From an uncultured Rhodanobacter sp. (lineage in GTDB: Bacteria > Pseudomonadota > Gammaproteobacteria > Xanthomonadales > Rhodanobacteraceae): a DNA stretch of 64,000 nt. Within the stretch, counting starts at the first letter, position 1; each line of letters opens with the position of its first letter. The DNA lies in assembly GCA_964489055.1 (NCBI GenBank), contig CAZAXF010000003.1, positions 11,087-75,086 of the forward strand, given 5' to 3'. The notes under the pieces are model-generated. The model was not told where the DNA came from. It saw nothing but the letters and a program-made list of their open reading frames with translations, and searched no databases. Positions 1-9,097 of this stretch are shown in pieces. Made by a program: the position numbers and the translations under genes.

Positions 1-169
1 GGTAGCCGGTGTCGCTGCCGCTGTTCCTGCCGCTGCCGAAATAGCTGTGGCCAGCGCTGCCGTTGAGGAAAAATCCGCTGTCGGTGCCGGTGGCTTCCTG
101 CGCGAGGGCGGGAGCCGTCGCGATCAAACCGGCGGCGGCGAGGGCGAGAACGATTGCAGTGTTGCGCAT
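1..169 (-). CDS. Secreted / outer-membrane beta-barrel-like protein, N-terminal 56 codons only (gene runs off window start)
   Basis: Reverse translation from ATG (169-167): MRNTAIVLALAAAGLIATAPALA-QEATGTDSGFFLNGSAGHSYFGSGRNSGSDTGY. This is a Sec signal peptide with an ALA-Q site followed by a Gly/Ser/aromatic-rich segment. It is absent from the ORF track because it is truncated. Confidence 0.45.
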   Translation of the reverse strand, partial: MRNTAIVLALAAAGLIATAPALAQEATGTDSGFFLNGSAGHSYFGSGRNSGSDTGY

Positions 170-288
170 GGTTGTCTCCACTTGTGGGAATTCGCGCACG
201 CAGATGCATGCGCTTGTCCGGTGGGACTGGCGGCAATCGGCAACGTTCGTTAAGAATTCGATGGGGTGTCAGGCGTTGTTCATCGCGT

Positions 289-1452
<1,164 letters not shown>

Positions 1453-1502
1453 GTGAGTCCCGGGAAACTGCCGGCCTGCGACGGCTACCTTGGCACGTTA
1501 TC

Positions 1503-2912
1503 ATGCAGCTGGAACCGTTTACATCCGCCGAATCCGCGCCGATGCCCGACAACCCGGAAACCGCCCAGACGCCATTCCCGGACGGGTTCCTGTGGGGTTG
1601 CGCGACTTCCGCGTACCAGATCGAAGGCTCGCCGCTGGCCGACGGCGCGGGCGTGAGCAACTGGCATCGCTTCGTGCACACGCCGGGCCGCGTGCGCGAT
1701 GGCGACACCGGCGATGTCGCCTGCGACCACTATCGCTGCTGGCGCGATGACGTGGCGCTGATGCGCACACTGGGGCTCGGCGCCTATCGCTTCAGCATCG
1801 CCTGGAGCCGGGTGTTGCCCGAGGGGCGTGGCCGGGTCAACCCCGCGGGCCTGGCGTTCTACGACCGCCTGGTCGATGCCCTGCTGGAGAACGGCATCCA
1901 GCCCATGGCGACGCTTCACCACTGGGATCTCCCGGTAGCCCTGGATGATCGCGGTGGCTGGCTCAATCCCGACAGCGTGGCCTGGTTCACCGACTACGCG
2001 CAGGTCCTGTTCGACAAGCTGGACGACCGTGTCCGGCTGTGGGCAACCCTCAACGAGCCATGGGTGGTCACCGACGGCGGTTACCTGCACGGGTTGATGG
2101 CGCCCGGCCACCGCAGCGCCTTCGAGGCGGTGATCGCGGCGCACCACCTGCTGCTGGCGCACGGCGCCGCGGTCGAGGCCTATCGCGCCACCGGCCGCAA
2201 CCGGATCGGCATCGTGGTCAACCTGGAACCGAAGTATCCGGCCACGCAAAGCGCCGAAGACCTTGCGGCCACCGCGCGCGCCGATGCCTACATGAACCGC
2301 CAGTTCCTGGATCCGGTGTTCCTCGGTCGCTATCCGGACGAGTCGCGCGAGGTATTCGGCGCTGCCTGGCGCGAATGGCCATCCGAAGACCTGGCGCGGA
2401 TCCGCCAGCCGCTGGATTTCGTGGGCGTGAACTATTACACCCGCAGCGTGGTTCGGGACGATCCGCGGGCGTGGCCGCTGCGCGCCGCCGGCGTGCGACA
2501 GAAACAGGCCACGCACACCGAAACCGGTTGGGAGGTGTACCCGGAGGGACTGACCGATGTCCTGCAATGGGTCAGTGAACGCTACGGTCGCCCGCCCATC
2601 TACATCACCGAGAACGGTGCCGCGTTCTACGATCCGCCGACCGTGGAAGATGGATCGGTGGCCGACCCGCTGCGCGTCGCCTACCTTCGCGGACACCTTC
2701 GCGCCGCCCGCGCGGCAATGGAGCGCGGCGTGAACCTGCGCGGCTACTTCGCGTGGTCACTGCTGGACAACTTCGAGTGGGCACTCGGCTACGCCAAACG
2801 CTTCGGCCTCGTGCACGTCGACTACGCCACCCAGCAGCGCACCTTGAAGGACAGCGCGCGCTTCTACGCCGGGGTGATCGCCACGCACGGCGCAGCCATC
2901 CAGGCCGCCTGA
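1503..2912 (+). CDS. GH1 beta-glucosidase
   Basis: 469 aa. It has an FLWGCATSAYQIEGS N-terminus, acid/base TLNEP and nucleophile YITENG motifs. It is divergent from the ATPase gene. Confidence 0.95.
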   Translation: MQLEPFTSAESAPMPDNPETAQTPFPDGFLWGCATSAYQIEGSPLADGAGVSNWHRFVHTPGRVRDGDTGDVACDHYRCWRDDVALMRTLGLGAYRFSIAWSRVLPEGRGRVNPAGLAFYDRLVDALLENGIQPMATLHHWDLPVALDDRGGWLNPDSVAWFTDYAQVLFDKLDDRVRLWATLNEPWVVTDGGYLHGLMAPGHRSAFEAVIAAHHLLLAHGAAVEAYRATGRNRIGIVVNLEPKYPATQSAEDLAATARADAYMNRQFLDPVFLGRYPDESREVFGAAWREWPSEDLARIRQPLDFVGVNYYTRSVVRDDPRAWPLRAAGVRQKQATHTETGWEVYPEGLTDVLQWVSERYGRPPIYITENGAAFYDPPTVEDGSVADPLRVAYLRGHLRAARAAMERGVNLRGYFAWSLLDNFEWALGYAKRFGLVHVDYATQQRTLKDSARFYAGVIATHGAAIQAA

Positions 2913-2920
2913 GCAGCAAG

Positions 2921-2962
2921 CCCTCCCATTCAAGGGGAGGGTCCGGGTGGGGATGGGTCTGG
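2921..2962. terminator. GC hairpin plus GGGGATGG tail (variant of the hairpin-A repeat family), downstream of the convergent bgl and permease genes
   Basis: CCCTCC-cattcaag-GGAGGG followed by tccgggtGGGGATGGgtct. It has the same architecture as 4834-4875 and 25284-25325. Confidence 0.5.
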
Positions 2963-3010
2963 ATGCCTGGAGTGGTTCCGGAGCCCCTGACATCGAACGT
3001 GCGCCGCTTC

Positions 3011-3832
3011 TCACCCCTTCACGCTGCCGAGCAGCAGGCCACGCAGGTAGTAGCGCTGCAGTGCCAGGAACAGCAGCAGCACCGGAATCACGGTCACCAC
3101 CGCGCCGGCCATCATCAGGCCCGAGTCCTGCACGTGTTCGCGCGAGAGCGAGGCAAGGCCGACGGGGAGGGTGTAGTGGTCCTGCCCGGTCAGGGCGATC
3201 AAGGGCCACATGAAATCGTTCCAGGCGGTGAGGAACGTGAACACCGCCAGCGTCACCAGGATCGGCTTGAGCAGCGGCAGCACCACCCGCACGAAGATGT
3301 GCGCTTCTCCCGCGCCGTCGACGCGGGCCGCTTCCAGCAGTTCGCCCGGAATGCTGCGCGCATACTGGCGCACCAGGAAGATGCCGAACACGCTGGCCGC
3401 GGCCGGCAGGATCACCGCCCAGTAGGTATTCACCAGTCCCACGTATTTCAGCAGCAGGAACAGCGGCAGCATGGCCACCTGCGCCGGGATCACCAAGGCG
3501 CCGATCAGCACCCCGAACAGTCTTTCGCGCCCGGCGAACCGCAGCTTGGCGAACGCGTAGCCGGCCAGCGTGTTGCACGCCAGCGACAGCAGCGTGATGG
3601 CGACCGAGATGATCAGGCTGTTGGCGAAATACCGGCCCATGCCGGCGTGTGCGAACAGCTCACGATAATTGTGGAGGGTCGGATCCAGCGGCAGCATCGG
3701 CGGTGGCAGCGTGTTGGCCTCGCCCGGTTGCATGAACGATACCGACAGCATCCAGAAAAGCGGAAACAGCGCCAGCGCGGTGCAGGCCAGCAGACTGCCG
3801 TTGACCAGCCACTTTGCCGCGCGCGGAGTCAC
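3011..3832 (-). CDS. Carbohydrate ABC transporter permease (MalG/UgpE-like)
   Basis: GTG at 3832 overlaps the upstream stop (GTGA). It has six hydrophobic segments and the EAA loop ELLEAARVDGAGEAHIFVRVVLPLLKP. The ORF-track entry 3011..4906 over-extends upstream. Confidence 0.9.
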   Translation of the reverse strand: MTPRAAKWLVNGSLLACTALALFPLFWMLSVSFMQPGEANTLPPPMLPLDPTLHNYRELFAHAGMGRYFANSLIISVAITLLSLACNTLAGYAFAKLRFAGRERLFGVLIGALVIPAQVAMLPLFLLLKYVGLVNTYWAVILPAAASVFGIFLVRQYARSIPGELLEAARVDGAGEAHIFVRVVLPLLKPILVTLAVFTFLTAWNDFMWPLIALTGQDHYTLPVGLASLSREHVQDSGLMMAGAVVTVIPVLLLFLALQRYYLRGLLLGSVKG

Positions 3833-4710
3833 GCGAAGTCCCCGCGGGCCCGGCCGAACCGCCACATCAACGCGGTGGCGGCGAACATCACCAGGAACAG
3901 CAGGAACGCCACGGCCGAGGCGGTGCCCATGTTCCACCACTTGAAGCCCTCGTTGTACATCAGGTACAGCACGCTCACCGTGCTCTGCAGCGGTCCGCCC
4001 TCGGTGATCACGTAGGGTTCGGCGAACAACTGGAAGTAACCCGATACGGTGAGGATGCCGACCAGCACCAGGATCGGCGAGAGCGCGGGCAGGGTGATGT
4101 GGCGAAACTGCTGCCAGCCGGAGGCCCCGTCGATGCGCGCGGCTTCGTACAGGTCGGCCGGGATCGCCTGCAGTCCGGCCAGCAGGATGATCATGTTGTA
4201 GCCGAAGTTCTTCCACACCGCGAACAGGATGATCATGGGCATCGCCCAGTGCGGGTCGCCCAGCCAATCGATCCGCGGCAGACCCAGGTGCACCAGCACG
4301 AAGTCGACCACCCCGAATTGCGGGTTGAAGAGATAACGCCAGATCACCGCCACCGCCACCACCGTGGTCACCACCGGTGCGAACAGCGCGGTGCGGAACA
4401 GCGGCCTGCAACGCGCCGCCTGCGCGTTCAACAGCATCGCGGTGCCCAGCGACACCAGGATCGACAGCGGCACGCCGACGATCACGAAATACAGCGTGTG
4501 CCCCAGCGCGGCCCAGAACAGCGGGCGGTGCAGCAGGGCCCAGTAATTGGCCAGCCCGACGAAGCGCAGGTTGTGGATGTCCGCGAGTGCGTACAGGTCG
4601 TAGTCGGTGAGGCTGAGCCCCAGGCCCGCGAGCACCGGCAGCAGGAAAAACACGCCCAGCACCAGCAGCGCCGGCGCCAGGAACCACCATGCGGCCGATG
4701 CACGGTTCAT
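3829..4710 (-). CDS. Carbohydrate ABC transporter permease (MalF/UgpA-like)
   Basis: Start chosen at MNRASAAWWFLAPALL (ATG 4710; the ORF extends to 4755). EAA loop DLYEAARIDGASGWQQFRHITLPALSP. Confidence 0.9.
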   Translation of the reverse strand: MNRASAAWWFLAPALLVLGVFFLLPVLAGLGLSLTDYDLYALADIHNLRFVGLANYWALLHRPLFWAALGHTLYFVIVGVPLSILVSLGTAMLLNAQAARCRPLFRTALFAPVVTTVVAVAVIWRYLFNPQFGVVDFVLVHLGLPRIDWLGDPHWAMPMIILFAVWKNFGYNMIILLAGLQAIPADLYEAARIDGASGWQQFRHITLPALSPILVLVGILTVSGYFQLFAEPYVITEGGPLQSTVSVLYLMYNEGFKWWNMGTASAVAFLLFLVMFAATALMWRFGRARGDFA

Positions 4711-4774
4711 GGCGTGGCGCATCCTGCACGAACTTTCCGATACCGTGGCGCACATCCGCCCGACGCTTCGCGTC

Positions 4775-4875
4775 GACCCCCTTCCTGCGTACGGGGGTGA
4801 TTAACCGGGTGCCGCGTGGGGGCACGCTGATCTTCCCCCTTCGCTTGCGAAGGGGGATCGAGGGGGATGGCTTTT
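4775..4875. repeat. Two GC-hairpin repeat elements (type B 4775-4806, type A 4834-4875)
   Basis: B is GACCCCCTTCctgcgtacGGGGGTGATTaacc. A is TCCCCCTTCGCTTGCGAAGGGGGATCGAGGGGGATGGCTTT. Near-identical copies of both occur at 25284-25389. Confidence 0.85.
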
Positions 4876-4951
4876 GGCGTGGGCGCATCCGTTGCTTCGC
4901 GGCCAAACGAAACGGTGTGGCGTTGCGGCCCGTTCGTACCCCGCACGGCGT

Positions 4952-6223
4952 TCATTTGTCCTGCCTCGCCAGTACCCAGCGGCGTTTGGCAAGAATCGTA
5001 TCCGCCTGCGCGTCCATTTGCGCGGTGGCCTGATCGATGCTGAGCTTGCCCGCGATCGCGCGCGCGGCGATGTGCTGCATCATGTTGACGATCTGTTCCC
5101 ACTCGGGCACCTGCGGCGCCGGGCGCATGTGTTCCATCTGGGCGCGGAAGGCGCGCAGCTTCGGATCATTTTGCAATACCGGATCGTTCCACGCGGATCG
5201 CCGCGCCGGCAGGTCGCCCAGGCGTTCGTAGAAGCGCACCTGCACGTCGGGCCGTGACAGGTATTCGATCAGCTTCCAGGCGGCGTCCTTGTGCCTGGAA
5301 TGACGCAGGATCACCAGGCTGGAGCCGTAGGCCACCGAGTCGCCGGGACCGTCCGGCCCGGGCAATTGCGCGGTGGACCAGTCGCCCTGCCTCGAGGGCG
5401 ACAGGCGCCGGCGGAACTCGCCGATGTTCCACGGCCCGGAAAGGTAGAACACGAACGTGCCGTGCGCGAACGACTGCCACGGATTGCCCACCTGCACGTT
5501 GGTCCAGTCGGGCACGTCGCCGCGCCGGAACAGTCCCACGTAAAAGGCCAGCGCGCGCTTGAAGCCGGCACTCTGGAAATTGCCGTAGCGCCCGCCGTCG
5601 CGCAGCAGCGGTACCTGTTGTTGCAGCGCCAGCGCCAGCAACTGGTCGTATTCGTTGGTCGGCAGCAACGCGCCCCAGCGCTTGCCGTGGCTGTCCGCGC
5701 GGATCGCATCCATCTGCGCCTGCCATTGGGCCCAGGTGCGCGGCGGCGCGTCGAAACCGGCCTCGCGCAGCAGGTCGGTGCGGTAGAACAACAGCCGCGT
5801 GTCGACGTACCAGGGAATCCCGTACAGCCTGCCGTCGATGACATTGGTCGCCCAGGCACTTGCGAAGTAGTCGTCCTGTCGAATCACGTGTGAAGCGTCG
5901 ACGCGGCCCTGCAGCGGTTCCAGTGCATGCAGCGCCGCGAACTCGGCGATCCAGGTGTTGCCGATCTGGGTGACGTCCGGCAGCGAATCGCCGGCATAGG
6001 CCGTCAGCAGTTTTTCGTGCGCCGCGGTCAGCGGGATCTGTTGCACGCGCACGTGGATATCCGGGTGTGCGCGTTCGAACGCCGGCAACAGTTGCGTGAC
6101 CGTCTCGCCTTCGCTGCCGACCGTCCAGAACTCCAGCGTCACGCCGTGCCGGCCGGGATTGGTGCAGCCGGCCAGCAACAGCATGGCTGCGCATGCGGCG
6201 GCCCGGACGAGGCGCCCGGTCAT
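4952..6223 (-). CDS. ABC transporter extracellular solute-binding lipoprotein (family 1, oligosaccharide type)
   Basis: 423 aa with lipobox MLLLAGC. It shows typical family-1 SBP similarity. Its ATG overlaps the upstream stop (ATGA at 6220-6223). Confidence 0.9.
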   Translation of the reverse strand: MTGRLVRAAACAAMLLLAGCTNPGRHGVTLEFWTVGSEGETVTQLLPAFERAHPDIHVRVQQIPLTAAHEKLLTAYAGDSLPDVTQIGNTWIAEFAALHALEPLQGRVDASHVIRQDDYFASAWATNVIDGRLYGIPWYVDTRLLFYRTDLLREAGFDAPPRTWAQWQAQMDAIRADSHGKRWGALLPTNEYDQLLALALQQQVPLLRDGGRYGNFQSAGFKRALAFYVGLFRRGDVPDWTNVQVGNPWQSFAHGTFVFYLSGPWNIGEFRRRLSPSRQGDWSTAQLPGPDGPGDSVAYGSSLVILRHSRHKDAAWKLIEYLSRPDVQVRFYERLGDLPARRSAWNDPVLQNDPKLRAFRAQMEHMRPAPQVPEWEQIVNMMQHIAARAIAGKLSIDQATAQMDAQADTILAKRRWVLARQDK

Positions 6224-7893
6224 TGCGTTGCAAGCCTGCGGGCGCGCACCCGTTCCCGGAAAGATGAATCATGCCGCGGTGGAGCGCTGCACCCAGAATC
6301 GCCCGACGCGTAGGGCGGACATTGTCCGCCGGCGTGTGCCGCGACGGGCAGTGCCCGTCCTACCCGTGCCGCGGCGGGCGGTGTCCGCCCTGACGGCTCC
6401 GCGGCGGCTTCCAGCCAGCCGCCGGTGAATCCGGCGCGTTCGAGGCCACGGCGGATATACGGGTTCTTCTTCATCACCTTCCACACGAAACCCGAGCGGT
6501 AGTTCTCGATCATCAGCAGGATCGGCCCCTGGTCGATGCCCAGGTATTCGTTGTCGAACCAGCCTTCACCGGGCACCACCCGGCCCGTACGCACCTTGGC
6601 GTTCTCGAGGCGGAAGGTGGGGTTGAATGCGTCCTTGAAGCCGTATTCCGAGTACAGCCATTTCCCGTAGCGCTGGTACATCACCTGGATCGTGGGCAGC
6701 ACCAGTTCCGGTGCGAACACGATCGATGCGATCGACGCGGTCGGCGCGATGGTGCCGTCGTCGACGATGTGCCCGACGTCGGCACCGCGCGCGAGGTATC
6801 CGTGGAACTTCACCTGCGTTCCGTCGCCGCGCGTGAACGTGAAGTTGCCAGGGCCGTTGCAGGCCGTGAGGCCCCAGATGTCCTTGCCGTAACCGGTGAA
6901 ACGCCCGCCGCCTGACACCGCGTAGGCGTGCTGGCCGACCACCGAGCGGCGGCTGTTCTCGAAGTAGTCGAGATCATGCGCGCGCATGAAGGCGTCCTGG
7001 ATGCCGCGGAAATCGATCCACGCCTCGCTGTACTGGTGTCCGAACAGCGGCGCGAAACCGATGTGCGGCAGCCCGCCCATGAAGCTGCCCCAGGTCAGGT
7101 GGTAGGTCGATGTCCACGCCTCCCACGCGTCGGGTTGCACCGGGTGGGTGGGCGAGCCGAGCGCGAGGATGTACAGGATCATCGCCTCGTCGTAGCCCTT
7201 CCAGTCGTGCGGGATGAACTTTCCGCCCGGCGTCCAGCCCATGCTGATCAATGGTGCGCGCACCTGGGCCCAGTTCCAGTCCACGTTGCGGTAGAGCTCG
7301 TCCGCAAGCCGGCGGATTTCGCGTTCTTCGGGATTGTCGCGATCGAAATAGGACTGGTCGAACAGCACGCCGGCCATCAGCAGCGTGGTGTCGATGGTCG
7401 AGACTTCGTCGCGGCGGCTCCAGCGCTTGCCGCTTTGCATGTCCAGGAAGTGGTAGAAGAATCCGTGGTAGCCGGCGTCGTCGTCCTCGTCGGTGCCCTG
7501 CGGCGCGTTGGCGAAAAAGCGCAGCGTGGTCAGCACGCGCTGGCGCGCCTGTTCGCGGGTGATCCAGCCGCGCTCGACGCCGATCGGGTAGGCCGTCAGC
7601 GCGAAGCCCACCGCCGCGATGCTGGAAAACGGCGTCTTGCCCATCGGCCAGTGGTCGGGCACCAGGCCGTTTTCCGGGTTGGCCGTCTGCCAGAAGAAAT
7701 TGAAGGTACGGTGTTCGAGCTGATCGAGCGACAGCGTCGCCGGCGCAACCTGCGTGGACAGCGCCGGCTGTGTGCGTTGCGCAGCGGCCTGCAGCGGGGA
7801 TGCCAGCACCAGCAGGCCCAGCAGGATCCCGGTGCCGGCCTTGCGCGCGAATCCAGCCAGGGTGCCTGAAAACTTTCCCGCCCATCCGCTCAT
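6220..7893 (-). CDS. GH144-like (DUF3131, 'glucoamylase family') protein, candidate endo-beta-1,2-glucanase
   Basis: 557 aa with a signal peptide (LLVLASPLQAAAQ). The body matches my memory of DUF3131/GH144 proteins (FNFFWQTANPENGLVPD, GFFYHFLD, STIDTTLLMAGV, GIDQGPILLMIENYRSG, AGFTGGWL). The last ~65 codons read through REP elements. Confidence 0.8.
   Translation of the reverse strand: MSGWAGKFSGTLAGFARKAGTGILLGLLVLASPLQAAAQRTQPALSTQVAPATLSLDQLEHRTFNFFWQTANPENGLVPDHWPMGKTPFSSIAAVGFALTAYPIGVERGWITREQARQRVLTTLRFFANAPQGTDEDDDAGYHGFFYHFLDMQSGKRWSRRDEVSTIDTTLLMAGVLFDQSYFDRDNPEEREIRRLADELYRNVDWNWAQVRAPLISMGWTPGGKFIPHDWKGYDEAMILYILALGSPTHPVQPDAWEAWTSTYHLTWGSFMGGLPHIGFAPLFGHQYSEAWIDFRGIQDAFMRAHDLDYFENSRRSVVGQHAYAVSGGGRFTGYGKDIWGLTACNGPGNFTFTRGDGTQVKFHGYLARGADVGHIVDDGTIAPTASIASIVFAPELVLPTIQVMYQRYGKWLYSEYGFKDAFNPTFRLENAKVRTGRVVPGEGWFDNEYLGIDQGPILLMIENYRSGFVWKVMKKNPYIRRGLERAGFTGGWLEAAAEPSGRTPPAAARVGRALPVAAHAGGQCPPYASGDSGCSAPPRHDSSFRERVRARRLATQ
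6310..6394. repeat. Three GTAG-headed REP (SMAG-like) palindromes in alternating orientation
   Basis: GTAGGGCGGACATTGTCCGCC (6310-6330). The reverse complement of 6341-6363 is GTAGGACGGGCACTGCCCGTCGC. 6373-6394 is a degenerate third copy. Confidence 0.8.
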
Positions 7894-8111
7894 GGCCGTT
7901 GCCCCGCGATTGGGTACTTGCCGGAGGTCCGTTGCCGGGTGCGTTCGTGGAAGGCCGTCGTGATTTGATCCGGTGTGGACACGCAGTATCCCTCGTGGTG
8001 GACGTTTTGCTGGACGAAATGGTTGTCTTGCCTGGTGGGTTGGTCGACGAGCACGTGGTCGATTGTGCCCGAAGTCGGCCGGTGCCCCGCCAAGGCGCGC
8101 GATTTCCGCAT
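7890..8111 (-). CDS. Possible 73-aa coupling ORF of unknown function (or decayed gene remnant)
   Basis: Its ATG overlaps the halogenase-remnant stop (TAATG at 8109-8113) and its stop overlaps the GH144 start (ATGA at 7890-7893). The peptide is MRKSRALAGHRPTSGTIDHVLVDQPTRQDNHF... with His/Gln/Thr-rich odd composition. Third-position GC is lower than in its neighbours. Confidence 0.25.
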   Translation of the reverse strand: MRKSRALAGHRPTSGTIDHVLVDQPTRQDNHFVQQNVHHEGYCVSTPDQITTAFHERTRQRTSGKYPIAGQRP

Positions 8112-8802
8112 TACGTCAGGGAGCCTTGGAGCGGAGCCGCGCGCGGAGCGTGCGGGCAGCCGTTGGACCGGCTCCGGTGCCACCCCGGAAACGAAGCCTG
8201 ACACGGGTCGTCCCACACCGCCGCGCAACTGCGCGCGATGGATTGTTCGTGGGTGGACATGGCATCCGCGCAGGCGGCGATCGCGCGCTGCACGTCGTCC
8301 ATCAGGTGTTTCAGTTCGGCATCGGAAAGCTGGTCCACCGCCGAGTGCCAGGCGCGCGGCAGGATGCGCTGGCCGATCATCACTTCCACCCAGCTCGTGA
8401 GCGCGAACAATTCCTCGGCATTGCGGTAGAAGCGCCCGCTGTCGCGGAACAGGCGGATGTTCTCGGCCAGCTCGTCGGGGATGTCCATCGTGCGGCAATG
8501 ATTCCAGAGCGGCGTGTCGTCGCGTTCGGTGGCGACATAGTGCAGGATGATGAAGTCGCGGATGCGCTCGATCTCGAACGCCGTCTGCGCGTTGTAGCGG
8601 TCGATCACCGCGGGGTTGAACTCGCGGTCGGGGAACAGGTTCACCAGCCGCGCGATGCCCGACTGGATCAGGTAGATGTTGGTCGATTTCAGCGGCTCCA
8701 GGAAGCCGGCCGCGAAGCCCGGCGCGACCACGTTGCGGTCCCGGATCTTCCGGCGCTGGACGGGCACGAAACGCAGCATGCGCGGTTCGCCGATCGCCGG
8801 TG
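8111..8802 (-). pseudogene. Tryptophan-halogenase-family gene, C-terminal ~40 percent only (5' end deleted)
   Basis: The ORF 8111..8779 reads ...RRKIRDRNVVAPGFAAGFLEPLKSTNIYLIQSGIARLVNLFPD...RIRDFIILHY.... The GFLEPL(E/K)ST motif sits about two-thirds into full-length (~500 aa) homologues. No N-terminal FAD-binding part is present upstream. Confidence 0.75.
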
Positions 8803-8945
8803 CGTCCAGGCACTCGAGCAGGCGCGCGGCGGCGCGCTCGATGCGCGCGCGAACCGGGGGTGACGCGGCTGCTGCCGTTCAGTGTGCGCGACACGATAGC
8901 CACTGAAACCCTTGCCTCCCGGGCGACGTCTTTGATCGTCACGAC
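8803..8945 (-). pseudogene. LacI-family regulator remnant (HTH region only, frameshifted), paralogous to 14234-15280
   Basis: VVTIKDVAREARVSVAIVSRTLNGSSRVTPGSRA matches VTIRDVAREARVSVATVSRALNNSPMVTPATRA at about 25/33 residues by hand. The match continues after a frameshift as RARIERAAARL versus RARVQQVAARL, then joins the halogenase remnant. Confidence 0.7.
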
Positions 8946-9011
8946 TGTGGGCGCTCCTTGCCGTTGTCCCCGACCGGGGCGCCCATCCCGGACGCGGTGG
9001 AGCAGGGCGAA

Positions 9012-9025
9012 TGTAAACGTTTTCA
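9012..9025. promoter_or_regulatory. LacI-family operator (relic copy)
   Basis: TGTAAACGTTTTCA fits TGnAAnCGnTTnCA. The extended match GAATGTAAACGTTTTCA is identical to 15349-15365. Confidence 0.55.
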
Positions 9026-9097
9026 TATCGGAATGCAAAACCGATGTTGTCTACGCCCGGTCGCCCCCGGGACTCACGACGGACACGGCTCGCCGGA

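Noticed and set aside
1453-1502. Possible fourth LacI operator in the ATPase/GH1 divergent spacer (TGGCACGTTATCA).
   Set aside because: It is 13 nt rather than 14, has a poor half-site match to TGnAAnCGnTTnCA, and lacks the GAATGTAAACG core shared by the three good sites.
3011-4906. 631-aa ORF as a single permease. The same applies to 44744..46594 (616 aa) and 48354..51773 (1139 aa).
   Set aside because: The N-terminal parts overlap neighbouring genes in other frames. Internal starts (3832, 45367, 49599) give proteins of family-typical length with proper junctions.
7890-9038. 382-aa ORF treated as one gene.
   Set aside because: It is a read-through of three unrelated pieces: the LacI HTH remnant, out-of-frame halogenase sequence, and the small ORF. 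Only the pieces are interpretable.
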